Source of the DNA: Felis catus
Lineage: Eukaryota
Reading direction: 5' to 3'
Assembly: GCF_018350175.1 (NCBI RefSeq)
Contig: NC_058382.1
Span: 61,072,001-61,136,000, forward strand
Length of the DNA stretch: 64,000 bases
The translations under genes and the position numbers were made by a program. Below, one piece after another: positions 1-15,100 of the stretch. The stretch's first letter is position 1. Every line of letters starts with the position of its first letter. The notes beneath the pieces are model-generated. The model searched no databases. It worked only from the letters and a program-made list of their open reading frames with translations, and was not told the DNA's origin.

Positions 1-3000
1 AAGTCAGGCGGAAGGGCCCCCTCCATGGACGGGGCCAACAGCTCATCTCTGTGCGAAGGGGGGGACTTCGCTTGTAAACCAGAGAAAGCACCCTCTGGGG
101 AGGGGGTGACATTGACCACAGCCGCAGGCGGGCAATGCAGAGCGTCCGCTTTGGGGGAGGGGATGCCATAGTCCGGGGAGTAGTACCCCGGGGACAAGCA
201 GGTGAACTTCTCGGCAGGACCTGGGGGCACAGGGGCCTTGTCCTCCAGGCGCTGCCCTGGCGAGCCGTAAGTGGACGCGGTGGGGACGCTCTGCTGTCTG
301 AACAGCTTGTCCCCAGTGCTGAATTCTTCCTCGGGGGTCCTCCGGATATCGACAGACACCGAACGGTACAGGCTCGTGCACAGCGGCCTCGTAGGCGTCT
401 GGCTCGCGGTTTCCGAAATCCCACTCGCTGCCACAGAGAACCTGTCGAAGAAAGAGGGGGAGCAGGCGCTGGCGGACGTGCTGGAGACGGGCTGGGGGTC
501 AGCGCAGTCGAAAATGAGGTCGGAGTAGTCGTCCGCGCTGCAGGACGGGGTCCTGGGCGTGTGCATGGCCTCCTCGTAGCTGGGGCACGACACCACGGAC
601 GCGGGCGTGGGGACCCCGGTGGGCCGGCCCTGGTCCGGCCTCGGGGAGGCGGGCAGCGCCTCTTTCGCGTGTGGCCCGGCCAGCCAGTCCCTGGCGTCCC
701 CGGCCGGCCCCAGGGGGGGCTTGCCGTCGGCGGCCGGCGGGGCCAGAGCGGGCTCCTTGGGCCTCTTGTCCTTCGGGGCGGGGTCCGGCACCAGCGGCCT
801 CCGTGCGGGCACGTCCAGGCCCTTCTTGCGCGCGTCCTCAGCGGGCTTCGCCCTGTCCTTGAGCTTCGGGTCTCCGGACCGGTGCCTCATCTTCTCCATC
901 TGCTTCATCCTCTCCTTGTGCCGCTTGTGCCGCTCCTCGACCTCCAGGTCCTTCTGGGACAGCATGCGCTCGAAGCTGGTCATCATCAGGTCGCCGTCGC
1001 CCAGAAGCTTCTCTCTGGGCCGGGCATCTCTCTTGCCCTGGTCTCTGGCTGCCGGCGGCTTATCGTTGCCGTTGCCGACCTTCACCGAGTCACCCTTTTC
1101 CTTCTCCGGGTTTTCCTTGAACTTCTCCTTCGGTTTGGTCTCGCTGAGCTTCAGGCTCTCGTCCCGGGACTTGTCTCTGAGTGCGTTTGGAGGGTTGTCC
1201 TTGTCTCTGGCTGCGGGCTTCTGCTCGTCCTTGTGGTGCCGCGGGGGCCCGTCGCTGTGCCTGTCCCTGTGCTTCTCCCGCTCGTCCCGCCACCTCTCGC
1301 GGTGCCTCTCCCGCCGCCTCTTGTCCTTGAGGGCACCGGCGGCACCACAGCCATAAGGCTTCAGCTCCTTGTCCGCTTTCTTGGAAGGCTCTCTCTCGGA
1401 ATCATTTTTATCTTTCTTTTCAGCGGCGAACAACTCAATGGTTTTATCTAGCTCGTCCTCTACGTCCGCTTTGGCGCCGTAAGGGATCCCGTAAGCGTCG
1501 GCGTCCGAGAAGTCCTTGTCGTACTGGCCGGGGTCCTTCCTGCTGCCCGTGTCCTTGTAATCGTCGCTCTTGTCTCTCTTCTCACACTTGTCTTTCCGGA
1601 CTCTCTCCCGATCGTGGCTTTTCTTGGACGAGGACGAAGAGTGTCTGTGCCTTTCTCTCTCCTTGACCTTCTCCTCCGGGGGCTCCGTGAAGGACACCTC
1701 TAGGAGGGCGCTCAGGCTGGGCTCCTGCCCGCGGTCGGTGAAGCTGTCCGAGGACACCTCGCTGGCCTTGTCGTTGGAGTCCTCCCGGTACGCGTGCAGG
1801 GCCTCCTCCTCCAGCCTCTCCAGCAGGCTCTTCTCCGCCTCGGCGCTCCTCGACACCTTCCTGTCCCGGCAGTGCTCCCGGTCCGGCCTCTCGCGGTGCC
1901 TGCTCCTGGCCTTGTCCTCTGCGGAGGGCTTCCGCTCCAGCTTCTCGGGAGGCTTCTGCTTGTTCTTCTTTTCCTGGGTGGGGTCGGCCGAGGTGCGGTC
2001 CTTCCTGTCCTTGTACTTGTCCGCACCCTCTTTGTCCTTCTTGTCCTTGTGCTTCTCCAGGACCTTTTCTTTCTTGTCTTTCGCCCCTTCCGCGGCGCCC
2101 TTGTCCTTTTTCTTTTCTCGGAGCTCTCGATCTTTCTGCTTCTCTGAGTGCTGCCGGTCGGCAGAGTGCTTCCGGTGCCGGTCGGTGTCCTGGGGGCCGT
2201 CCGCCCGCGGCGCGTCCCCGGCGTCCCCGAGTCGGAGCCCGCTGGCCGCGAACTCGTCCTTCTCGTCCTCGCTTTCGTCTGTGAATATGTCGGCGATGTA
2301 CCAGCTCTTCTCTTTACCCTTCTTCTCGTCTTTTTTTTCAGGGAAGTCCTCGGAGAGAAGTCCAGGGAAATTCTTCTCCCTCTTTTCTTTCACCTGGTCA
2401 AGCGACGCCTTTCTCTCCTTGTCCTTATGCTTCTCCTTGGGATCCTTCTTCTCTTTAAAGCATTTATCAAACTCCTTGTCCTTCTGACATTTCTCGAGGA
2501 CAGACTTTTCGCTTTTATCTCTGTCACCGGACTTATCTTTGTATTTCTCTAATTTCCCCCTCTCCTTCTTCTCCTTGTCTCTTGCTGCATGGAGCCTCTC
2601 CCAGGGCTCGGGGCCCTTCCCAAAGTCACAGTCGGGCCTGTCCTTGAAGCCGGCCTCGCCAGCCAGCTCCTTCGGCTCCTCCCGGTGGGCCTCCTCGGGC
2701 TTGGGCCTGCCATCCTTCCGCTCCTTGGCGGCCTCGAGGGCGTCCTTCCTGTCCCGCCCGCCCTCGGCGGACTCCCTCCGCTTTTTGTCCTTGTCGGGAA
2801 GGCAGCCGGGGACGCCCTTATGCTTGTCTGCCTGCTCCTTCCTCCTCTCGGAGCTCTTGTCCAGACAGTCTCTGTCCTTCTTCCGGAAGAAGGCGTCCCT
2901 GTCGCTGCGCCTGTCCCCGTAGTCCCGCTTCTCACGGCCCTTGCTCTCCCGCTTCTTCTCCTTGCCGTCCTCCTTCACGGTCTCCAGGATCAGTCTGGCC

Positions 3001-4753
3001 ACGGGGTCACTTTTAACATCCCTGTAGTCTGTCACTGGAGAATCCCAGCTGTCGTCCCCTTTGAAATCAAAGGACGAATCGGACAAGTCCGAGAACCACC
3101 GATCCTGCTGGTCGTCAGAGAGGCTGAATTTGGTGTCTTCGTTCTCCAGAAACTGACTCTTGTTACAATACTCATCGAAAGCGGAAGAGTCTTCCCTGTA
3201 GACTTTCTCTTTCTTCAGTTTGTCTTTTTCTTCTTTGAAAGCCTTCTCCTTCTCCTTTGGAATCCTGTCCTCCTTACAATCGTTCTTCTTCTCTAGCTTG
3301 GCGGGCCTGTCTTTGGACTTTTTCTTTCTTTCCTCTTTGTAGAGCCTCAGTCGTTCCTCTTTGGGAGACTTCTCCTTCACCGGTTTCTCTTTTTCTGCTT
3401 TACTCCCACGGTCTTTCTCTTCTCGGAAAGACCTGCTCACATCTTTGATTCTCTTCAGGGCCTTCTCGTCTTTGGAGACCTTGACCACCTCCTCTTTGAA
3501 GAGCCATTCCCTGTCTTCCGACTTCACCTTGCCGAGCCGCTCTTCCTTCCTGAAGTGGTCCCGGTCGTGCTTCAAGGCCTTCAGCTTGCCCTCACTGGGA
3601 ACGTCGCCGTCCAGAAGTATGGCCTTCTCCGGCCGCTGCTTGGAGTCCTCATACTCGTAGGTGAAACTTTTCAACTTGAGTTCCTGACCGACGGAGCACA
3701 GCCCTTTCTCCTTGTTTTTGTGTTTGTGTTTCGTTTTGTGTTTCTTGACGACCTTGCCCTCCTTGTCCAGCTTGGGAATGGCGCCGTCCACGCTGGCGTG
3801 GAAAGAGTTCTTCTTCTCCGACAGCGTGCTCTGCAGGCCGGCCCGCTTCCTGTGCTCCTGCTTCTTCCTCACGGGCTTCAGCGACTCCACGCTGGAGCCC
3901 TCGGAGGAGCAGTCAGACTCGCTCGTCAGTCTCGTCCTTGTGGAGTCTGATAAAGAGCTGACCTCTGACCAGGCGGGAGAAGAGATGCTTTTCCAATTGT
4001 CTGTCCGCCAGTGCCTGGCGTGCTGGTCCGCGTGGCCGGGGTTATGCTTCTGGGCGGCAGAGCTCCCGTGAGACGAGGTGGAGGAGGCGGACAGAGAGCT
4101 GAACAGGGACGGGTCCTTCAGCACCAGTGGGGACTCCTTGAGGCAGCCAGAGCTCCCCACCGAGTCCCCGTCGTCCTCCCCGCTCTCCGAGGACTCGCTC
4201 TCCGACTCGGAGGAGCAGAACTTGTCATTCCTTTTCCCAAACCGCACTTCCTTGCCTTTTGTCTCCTTCTTTCGCTTCTTTTTCACTTTATTTTTCTCTT
4301 TCTGCTGCTTGGAATTGGAAGGTTCCCGCGTTTTGTTACCGGGCAGTATCGTGTGTGCCGAGAGCCTCAGCTTCTCTCCTGTCCCCACAGTGACACCGAC
4401 GTCCTCCTCGTCTGACGTGTCTGACAGGATGCGATGAGCCGCTTTCTTTGGTGCAATCGTGTTATTTTTAGTGTAACTTTTCACTTCCATTTTGGGTATA
4501 GAAATAAAACTATTTGATTTAGTTTCTTTTCTGTAATCCTTTTTCAGTAAGTGTTTGTCGTCCACCGGAGGGACTCTGTCCTGCTCGTCGTCCTCGTCAA
4601 ACTCGTACTCATCCTTGACGGGGGTCACAGTTTTCTGGGGCTCTGGATTCTTAGCCTTGTGCTTCAGGCCTTTTTCAAACTCAGAGTCTGTGTTATTGCC
4701 GTCAACTGAACTAGAAGGTGCGAACGATGGGGCGTCTTCCTCCTCTGAGCTCT
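1..4753 (-). CDS. ANKRD11: ANKRD11 giant coding exon (human exon 9 equivalent), partial; continues beyond the left edge. Ser-rich then Lys/Asp/Glu/Arg-rich region
   Basis: Acceptor ctccctgttcccagcag|AGAGCTCAGAG at 4753; reads (E)SSEEEDAPSF... and the same frame at the window edge reads PSHRDELLAPSMEGALPPDL, both matching ANKRD11 as I know it. Absent from the ORF track, consistent with no stop before the edge. Confidence 0.97.
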
Positions 4754-5041
4754 CTGCTGGGAACAGGGAGGAAGAGGTCAGAGGCAGAGTCACAGCGACC
4801 CTACTGAACATGCACGGGGACGGCGCTCTGCGGACGAGGCAGAGGGGGAGGGAACGGGAGGAGACACAGCTCTTCGCCTGATTTAGATAAATCGGAGGCC
4901 AGCCACGGGCAGGAGGAAATGAGAGAGAGATCTGTGTGAGGGCAGGGCCGGAGGACGAGGAAACCCTGGGGGTGGGGTCCCGGCCGTCCAGAAGCTCCCC
5001 CACCCCAGCCGGCACACGCGGTGCGGCTCCCGGCCACTGAC

Positions 5042-5189
5042 CGGTCGAGCTCTCCTCGCTGGACGTGTAGGTCCCCTTGCCCAACAGGAGATTCACCATG
5101 GTCGGGGAGTTGGCCACCTTCAGCGGCGTCTCGCCTTTTCTGTTGCTTTGCTGAGGGTTCCCGCCATACCGCAACAACAGCTTCACCAC
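5042..5189 (-). CDS. ANKRD11: ANKRD11 coding exon (148 nt), VVKLLLRYGGNPQQSNRKGETPLKVANSPTMVNLLLGKGTYTSSEESST; ankyrin repeats
   Basis: tttcgtag|GTGGTG acceptor, ACCG|gtcagt donor, frame continuity, ankyrin consensus. Confidence 0.97.
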
Positions 5190-6169
5190 CTACGAAACAG
5201 CAACCGGCAGGTCAGGGGCTTTCCGAGAAGCACGCGACGCGCCCCCGTGCCGGAACAACTGCAGCCGCTTCCTAGAGTCCTGTGCTCGACCAGACAACAG
5301 CCGCCCACCGCCACAGCACGGCCCCCCACCCCAGCCGAGCACGCCGCCACACGGAGGAGGTCTGCGCTCCCGTGCAGAGTCCTCCCCATCGGTGGTGGGC
5401 CGACCGCGGCCCCGTGGTCTCCCGCCAGCGATGAGCCGCCATCCGGCAGGGCCCGCGGGGTGTGGAAAGAAGGGCTCTGGAGGTCTGGTGGGGAGCGGGG
5501 ACTGAGAGAACAGAGGAAACAAAGAGCGAGCTTCTTCCAAGTAGGTTTGTTTTGTGTTCTCGTTTATTTTAGAAAAGAAGATTGCCTCTTCCGTGCCTTG
5601 ACACAGTAAGGGGGGGGTCCTGTGAATGACAGACACAGTCCAGGTGACCCCGCGGCAGCTCTGCTCAACCGTCTACAGCCGGCAAGTGTGCTTCGCACAC
5701 CCGGGGCAGCCGACTCACGGCCCTCAAGTGCAGGTTCAGTGCTGTCTCGGCCCCAGTTCGGACACTGCGGTGTTGAAACAATCTTTAACCAGGAACACCC
5801 CGTCGCTCATTCCCGCTTAGGACGCCGCGGCCTCCCCCCACCAGGACCCCGCTTCCCGGGCACGGGTTTCCCACGGCTGCTCTAGCGAATCACCAGCCCC
5901 TCCGTCTCGCCAAGTCTGCAACGGGTCTCACTGACCCTACAGATGTGTGGTGTTGGCTCCTTCCTTTCCGTGTGCGTGGGGTCCCTTGCAGTGGTGGGAC
6001 TGGCCCTGTGTCCCTGCCGTCTGCCTGCTGAGGGCTGTCCCGACTGCTGGAAGCCACCATGTCCCTCGGCCCCTTCTGCCAAGGCTGGCAACGCGGGCGA
6101 GCCGCCCTCACGGTCTCCTCCCTCCTGGGGAAGGGTTTCTGCTACACGGACCCCAGAGGGCACTGGGCC

Positions 6170-6305
6170 CGTGGGGATAATCGAGGGTCACCACTGCACG
6201 ATCTTTTGCTTACTCCCATCCGTGAAGTCCCCTTACCACGTGAGGTCACATATTCACAGTCCCAGGATCTGGACGGGGATCTCTCCGGGGGCCGCTACCC
6301 TGTAC
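6170..6305. mobile_element. MaLR (MLT1-like) LTR fragment
   Basis: gtgaggtcacatattcacagtcccaggat...gggggcc end motif. Confidence 0.45.
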
Positions 6306-7155
6306 CCCTCCCCGTATTTCCACAGTCTGTTCCGTAAGGTAGTTTTACAAGGACAATTACAGAAGTACAGAGATTCAGAGGACGACCCTGTCCTTCCCCA
6401 CTCTGTCGGCTGCCAACGTAGCGCCAGACTCGTGTCATCAATCCCTCCCCCACCCTGGGTACTCTAGCGGGTCCCAGGCATTTCATAAACTTTTCTAGCA
6501 TTTCTCTAAAAGGACCCTTAAAAAACCAAAATAACCACGATGCCTTTATCTAACCCAAAGAGCTAACCAAGAGCCCCGACGTCAAGTACACAATCTGTGT
6601 CCGGACTCGTCCGGTCACCGTGGGCATCTTCTCATTCACAGCCCTCCCCCGACTGTGTGACTCATCATCCTTCGACTGCTCGCCACTCGCTGGGTGCTGC
6701 TAGTTCCCTGGCACCTGCCCAAGGCGACGGGGCAGAGCAGCTACAGGAGAGCGTCAGAGGTGCGTTCCGGTCTACAGGCGCTGTCCTCGCCAGGCCCCAC
6801 TGTCCTTCCTGGGCCTCTTCACAAAGGTCTGGTAACGACCACAGCAAGAGCCTCGCCACCTCTGTGCGTCTCCTGCATCAGACCCAGAGGCAGCCGTTTC
6901 CCCAAGGGGGCCAGTCCTCTCAGGGAGGCCGTGCGCTTGGGTACTCGCTGCTCCCAGACTGGTTACGAGGGTCCTCCTGTGTACTGGCTACACCTCTCTG
7001 TGCTTCACCAACAGTAAATGCCACAAGGACAAGGACAGTGCAGTGCCGGCAGCAGCCCGTGAATCCCCCCCTCCCCCGCTCTCCACCGCCGTATGATCAT
7101 CCATCCAGCTGCTAAAACCTAGACATGCCCGCATGACCAGAGCAGGGCCCCGTCA

Positions 7156-7638
<483 letters not shown>

Positions 7639-8522
7639 CTAACCCTCCAGGTTCACCCTCTGCGGGCACAATCTGGGGTAGGGGACTCGTCGGGAGGTGG
7701 GGCAGGCTCAGTCCAGCGTATCTGGCAACACACGTGGAGGGTACAGGGAGAGCGGCCGAGGGGGCTGCGGGCAGGGTGGCAGGGTCTGTGACCACAGCTG
7801 CAGGTTTGGAAACGTGCCCTCTGGGCAGCACGTGGCTGAGGCCACGTGGGGAGGCCTCCTCTGGCGGCCGTCTCCACTAGAGCCTCGACAGGCCACCCGC
7901 AAATGTCAGTGTGCGAACGGGGCCACCCTGTGGACACAAATTCCAGGGCTTTGGCAAATCTCGCCTTAGGAAAATTGTATTTTCAGACAAGGTGCTACAT
8001 TAGGTTTGGATCAGAAACCCCATCAACTAGGGCAGTGGGTGCACTCTAGACAGGTTCGTCACGGAGACCGCTTTGCTGGTCTCACGTTCCACGCGCTCTC
8101 GGAACAAACGGCTGTGGAACGTGCCGATGCTGCGGCACAGAGCAAGCGTCCTGTTCACACCCGGCAATACTCCTCCATGACCACACGGCCCTCAAAGCAG
8201 ATAAAGCTTGGCTGTCTCGGGCCGGGGGAGGAACACCTACTTCCGGCTTAAATGAAAGGGCCCTCTCGGAGACATTTCTTCCCTGGGGGGTGCGGCCCCC
8301 AGGCTGCCGGGCACCGAGGCAGGGCCGCCTCTCCCTGAACGTGCCAGGGGCGTGACTCCTCTTCCACGGAACTGGGGTCTACACAACACAGCAGAGTGGC
8401 ATCTAAAAATTCCCCCAATTCTCTTAAAGATAATAAAAAATAAGAAAACGATCTTATTTTGAAATACTTTCCGAAACGTCAGTACCTCTTCCTCAGCAGC
8501 AACAGCACATCACCCTGGTCTA

Positions 8523-9131
<609 letters not shown>

Positions 9132-12100
9132 CTGTGAGGCGGTGGAGGAGACAGGGGGACATTTCATGCCACGCGGTCCTCAGGACCCGCGGCCTTGCCT
9201 GGCGTCGCGGAGCCCCCGCCTCCCACCTCACAGCTCACAGGGAAAGGGCGAGAACAGGGGCGGCAGCACCGAGCCGCCCGGTCGTCACCTCCGGCGGTAA
9301 CAGAGACAACTCCAACACCTCGTCATCAGCCAATGAGGCCTGCCCCGCCTCGGCCCCCACCGGCCGGTCGCGACGGCCCGCCGCACGCCAGGCGGTGGGA
9401 CGGCCCCTCGCTGGGGCCCTGGCTCACGCGGGACAGGTCTCCGTCCGTTAAGTGCACGTGTCCACACTCCGGTTCCTCCTTCCCCGTCCCGCCTCCACAC
9501 AGTGCAGATATAAATGGCAAACACAGTTCAGAAACACATAAAAGGTCGAGGCCGACTTGTCAGTACTGTACCTTTCTTCTTGCTTCTAGGGACCTCCATT
9601 TCAGGCCATGGCCCTTCGAGGAGCGAACCAGCCTTGCAGTACCACGACATGGACTGAGCTGGAGGCATCTAAAGGCATCAACACAGAGCACTAACCAGAC
9701 ACGAGGGAACAGCTCGGCCGTTCCGTCTCCACCTCCTCGGAGCGCACACCTCCTCCACTGGTCTGACCCCTTACAGAGCTCCCTGCCGACCCTGAGCACA
9801 GACACACCGCGTGGCTTCTCCGGGAAGAGGCGGGGGGAAGGGACAGAAAACACCCCCCAGACTCCGTGAACCCGGAGCCAAAGCTCACTGTCCTCCTTCG
9901 CCCTCGTGCCCCTCCTGCGGGGGATTTGGGGATCCACCAGGCGCCTGGAGCCCTCCCCACACTGCCCCCGTGCGTGCTGGGTGGGGCCCTGGTGTGGGGG
10001 CCGGGCTGGCTAGGGGGTGTTCTAGGTCACACGGTGCAAACTGCAGCCAGGGAAGGAGGGTCACCATGGGAGACTTGGGGTCCTGAAACTCTCCTCGGGG
10101 GAGGGGGGCCTCCTGCTCTCCACTCCGCACGTCAGAGAGGACCCCCTCCGGGCCCTCGGCTGGCTCGCTGGCTCTGGTTTGCCCTGGGGAGGCGGGTGCT
10201 GTCTGGGAGACATGGACCGGACAGGCTCCCGTGTGCCCCGCCTGCCCGACTCCAGGACAACATCCCCAGCCCACAGATGCGTCGTTTTCCATTTTCTCAA
10301 GAAGAGTTTTCTGTGAGCTACTTCCTTAGAAAGTACTGCGATCGGCCCTTTCAGAAACCACACTGTGACTCGCTGCAACACAGGCTCCCCAGGCACCCCG
10401 GCCACGATGAGTCTCTAACCAACCCATGAGGCCCGGGCTCGAGAAAGGAAGAAAGCTCCAGAACGCTCCTCATCTGTGACCAAGGACCCCAGCTTATCCA
10501 CCCTGTCCCCTGTTCTGCCTACAAGCTGGCAGGCGCAGGGGTGAGGATGGCAGCCTCCCCGGAGCCTCTACACAGGGCAAGGAACCACACACATAGCAGC
10601 AGCCCTGCCCGGTGGCCCCACGAGGTCCCGAGAAGTTAAGCCACACTTTCGCAGTCACTCGGGGCCATCCCACCCAACCCGAGCTTTCTGGAACACACTC
10701 CCCGAATCAGGGCATCGGGTTTAAAAGTTCTCACACGGCCGAGTGCTCCACTAACCACCCCCCCCCTTCTCTATGGTGACCGCTCTGCCCTGCGCTGCTC
10801 CTGCGCACAGCCTGAGTACAAACAATGACAGAAACAAGGCCCATGCCCCCAGGACACACGAGCCGACCTCCTGCTTTATGACTCGGACACAGATGCCCCA
10901 CCAGCTTGGTGTCTCCAACACGGGGCCCTGGTGTCAGGACAGCAGCAGGAAGGCACGTGCACACAGCCCTGCTCCACAATCAGGACCCGATTTCCACCCA
11001 GTCTCCTAGGAACCACCGCTTGGTCTCCAACCACAGAGCCTCCAGCCTCTCCGGGCCCCTGCGCCTCCCTGGGGGCCGCGGAGAGAGGAAGTCCGCTGGA
11101 GGAGGGAGACAGCAGAGCTCAGAGAAACACGTGCCACACGAGGATTCCTGCTCATGGGGACATCTGCAAATTACACGAAGTAACTTCAGAGGACAAGGCC
11201 GGTGGCCCATCTCTGCTCTCTGGGGCAGGCCTAGGGAGGTGCGAAGCTGGGTGTGGGCAGCGCGTCCTCAGAACAGACCCCACAGGACCCTGAGGTGCCA
11301 GAGGGACCGGGCACAAGGGCACTGCAGTCACTGTCTTCAAGTGACAACACAGGCAGCAGACTCCCTAGCGGTCGGGGGTGGGGGGTGGCGGGGGTCCCAA
11401 GAGACACCCTTCCTGGGAGTGGCAGCCGAACACCTCCACAGCCTTGCGCCCAAAGGGCTTTCTGCGGCAACAGACCGTCCCCCACCGCGGAGCAGGACGT
11501 GACGGCACCACACCAGGCCCGCGGTCTCAGGAAGAGACTCAGTGTGCCCGCCGCACCGGGCCTCCCTCCCCTCTGTGGCCAAGAGCCCGGCTGAGGCTGG
11601 ACGATGCTCAGGGAAGCGGAAGGTACTGACTCCCTCCTGGTGGGAGGGGCCTGGCACAGCCCACCTCCCCACACGGGTCTCGGGGGCGTTAACGGGAGGA
11701 CGTCTTCTGAGTGTCACCACAGGAAAAAGCCCCCAAATAGAATCCCACCTTCTAAGACACCCTTCTCTCCACCAGCCCCCACACCTCCCGGTACCCAGAG
11801 GGCCTGAGTCCAGCCAGGTGGCATGTGGCCTCGGGTGCGGGGGGCCCAGGGCAGCTCGGACTTCTGGCCAGAGGAGCCAAGTGACATGCGGTCAGGGTCA
11901 CCTGCCCCTCTTCCCAGCCGCTGCTGTGCCTGTGATGGGGTGTCCACAACAGGGCGGTGGGGGTGGGGAGGAGGCTGCCCAGCCTACCTTTGCACCCCCA
12001 GCCCCAGCTGGGGGGTGGGGGGGCGCCCACTCGCCAGAAGAGGAGCTATGACCCAGAGCGACCTCTCAGGACAACCCGAGAGCCTCTCTGGCATCCTGCT

Positions 12101-15100
12101 CGTTTTTGTTTCTAATATCCAACCAGAAGCGAAGGAGGACTCCAGGAACTCCCAGCGGCCCGTGCCAGGCTGCAGAGCAGAGCGAACCTGGCAGGTCGAG
12201 GTGGCCCTCCAGGCCTACCTGTGGAGCCTCCCTGCAGTGACCTGCAGGCAGGGACGGGCCACTGGCCTGCAGCCTGGACACGCCTCTGGGGGCTCCGAGG
12301 GCTCTGCAGAGGCCCGGGAAGGAGGCCGGCCACCCCCGTCCTCACGGTGGCGGAGCTGGAGCAGCTCTCAAGGCTGGGGCCTTCCCCCCGCCCTCCCGGC
12401 CCCGTCCGGTCAGCCCAGCTGTGGTCCTGGTGGGAGATGATGGTTTCACCCGAGCCCGGACAGCTCCCCCGCGTCGCTGTCAGGAAAACAGCTGAGGTGA
12501 CACCATCTGGGATTTTTGTATGGTGCCAGCTTGCCGCGGTCTGTGCCGTCGGTGCCCCACCGTGTCACCCCTGCCCGGGTGCGGCCACCCAGTCGGCGGA
12601 CGCAGGTCCCCACTCTCCGCAGCCCATCCCACCAACCCGGGCCTTCTGGAACACGCTCCCTCCACACACCACCGCGGCTGGCGGGCTAGAGTGCGGCCTT
12701 CCCGGGGGGGCGGGGGCTGAAGAGACCATGGTTCTCAGACTCCACTTCCTGCCACTGCGTTTCCCTCCCCAGCAGAACGTGGATGTCACCGCAGTTACCT
12801 GGCAGCAAGGAGGCAGGTGTGCCAGTGAGACGGCTTTCCTCACGGAGCCGGGCAGGAGTGCCACCTGCCTCTGCCATCTGGCCGGCACATGCTGACGCGC
12901 ACACCCACCCGTGTCCTGCCCCCGGCACAGTGCGCCCCGATGCCCGAGGACCCCGTCTCACAAAGGCCCAAGTCTGCTTTCTCGTCCACATCCTGAACCT
13001 CTCTCGTTTCCTCCTCCTCTTTCCATACCTCGGTGCAGGCGATCTGCTTGCTTACGACTATCCAAGCCACCAATTCTTTCTTCTGTCGCATCTAATGAGC
13101 TATATGATCTGCCCGTTGAATTTTTAATTCCATTGGCAATTTTCATTTCCATGTATTCCGTTTTGTATTTTTAAAAATCTACGTGGTGTTTTCTGGCAGC
13201 GCCTTGTTCCTTGCTCACGTTTTCAATTTCTCCTCTGTTGCACCCTACTGACCCGTGCTTTGTATCCAGTCATCCCCACGCAAGGTCCCCGGGGCTGGTT
13301 CTGTCTCAGGATGGCAGTGTCTTCCACGTGGTACGTGGTTCTGACCCGGCACTAGTGTTTGGCTGAACACTGGGGCCGGGACACTGCACGGAAGCCAATG
13401 TCTCTGGAGAGGGCTGGCTTTTGCTCTGGTCTGGGACTGGATGGGGCTCGTTTCCGGGGACAGCTCTCAAAGCCCCTTGCCCCGTCTGGATGCCAGCCGG
13501 AGGAGACGGAGGGCTTTGGCTCAGGGATGGTGCCTTCCAGCCTGAGGTGTCCCTGATGTGGCTTTCAGGGGCCTGTCCACTGTGGCCCCGAGGGGCCTGA
13601 GGCCGGCAGCTGACTCCCACTGTCCTCAGCCCCCAGGGCCCTGGAGCGCTCACAACCAGTCCTTCGTTCGGTCATCACTCACCACCTCTGACTTCTGGGC
13701 TGTTCCAGAAGAGGGCTTTTCAGGAGACAAAGTCCAGCACACTGGTCCAAAGGGAAACCTCCACCTCCTACACCCCACCACGAAACCATACGACGTCAAC
13801 ACTTCTTGGACCCCACTCCACAGGAGGGCATCCGGTGGGGCGCTTGTGGGATCGCAGAGCTCCCGGAGATACCAGGAGGAGCTCAGGCAATGCCGACGGC
13901 AGGCAGGGTGCTGGCGTACCGGGGGCACCCCGCACCCATACCAACACAGGGCCCGATCCCAAAGTCAAGAGGCTTTTGGAAGACCACTTCTGCCAGGGCA
14001 GCGTGCACGCTGGAGACGACCCACATCAGGCAGGGAGCCGCAAGGGGGCGTGTCTCTGTCCGGCCTCACACTCAGGTTCTCCAGATGCTGCAGGACCAGG
14101 ACTCAAGGGTCCTCCCCGCCCCCCCCCAGTCTGCATGGGGGCACTTGAGTTTTGTCTGGCTTTTCCCTCCACCTTCCTGGTTTGTACCCACTTCTCTCTT
14201 TCCTTTAAAGACAATTGCCACCAGCGGTCACTTAAGACAGAGGGGATATTCAGCAAGCCCCTGACTTCTCTGGTCTTGGTCTCCTCTGTCCCAAAAGAGA
14301 AGGGCTGGGGTCCATCTCCAATGTCTGCCTTCTGCGGTGCAGGTGGGGCTCTCCCAGGTCATGGGCTGGGTGGGTGGCCTCTAGTCAAGGGGGACCACAG
14401 TCCTCATTCCACAGACGCTGGGAAATTCAGTGAGGGCTGTCACAGCCGTGAGGAGGAAGCCAGGGTATGAGAAAGCGATGCTGGCATCAACAGCCCACAA
14501 CACAACCTGACAAACACTGACCCCTTTTCATGGCACCAAAGCACGGTGAGGACTTTTAAAAATAAAGCGAAATAAACCCTAATCCAAACCTGCACCAACG
14601 TACGAACCGTGCCATCAACCCTGCCAGCCCCGGGCCGGTCTGTACAAGCCTCTGACCGTCGGTCAGCGCCTGCCCCAGACCCTGGGAGCACCACCGGGCT
14701 GAGTAGCCACATTGCAGCCCAGGCTCCCCCTAGTAGGGCTCTGGAAGCTGCAGCCAGCTCCCCTGGACTGCACTCCATGCTTTGTCAGTCATGGTCCTAG
14801 GGACTCCTCCCTGTGAGTCACAGAACCCAGGGTGGTCGTGAGGGTCTGGCCCTGCAGACTCCCACCTATTCTGCAAATGGGGAACATCAGGAATTTTAAG
14901 TATAAAGAGCCTTCCTTGGCCAGTCCACACTCCCCCCCCCCCCCCCCCGTACAGGAAGAAACTGTCCAAGTTTAGGGAGGAAAAACAATGCAGAAAAGGT
15001 GTCCCTGTGGGTGGCACATGTCCTCTCCAGCCAGAGGCTCCCCTGCAGCTCCCCCCACCACCACAGGCAGCGCCTGGAGAGCCAGGGAGTGAGCAGAGAA

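Noticed and set aside
135..4437. Long plus-strand ORFs (438, 249, 305, 235 aa and others)
   Set aside because: Antisense shadows of the GC-rich, low-complexity ANKRD11 exon; L/S/F-rich translations are simply the complement of K/E/D/R codons.
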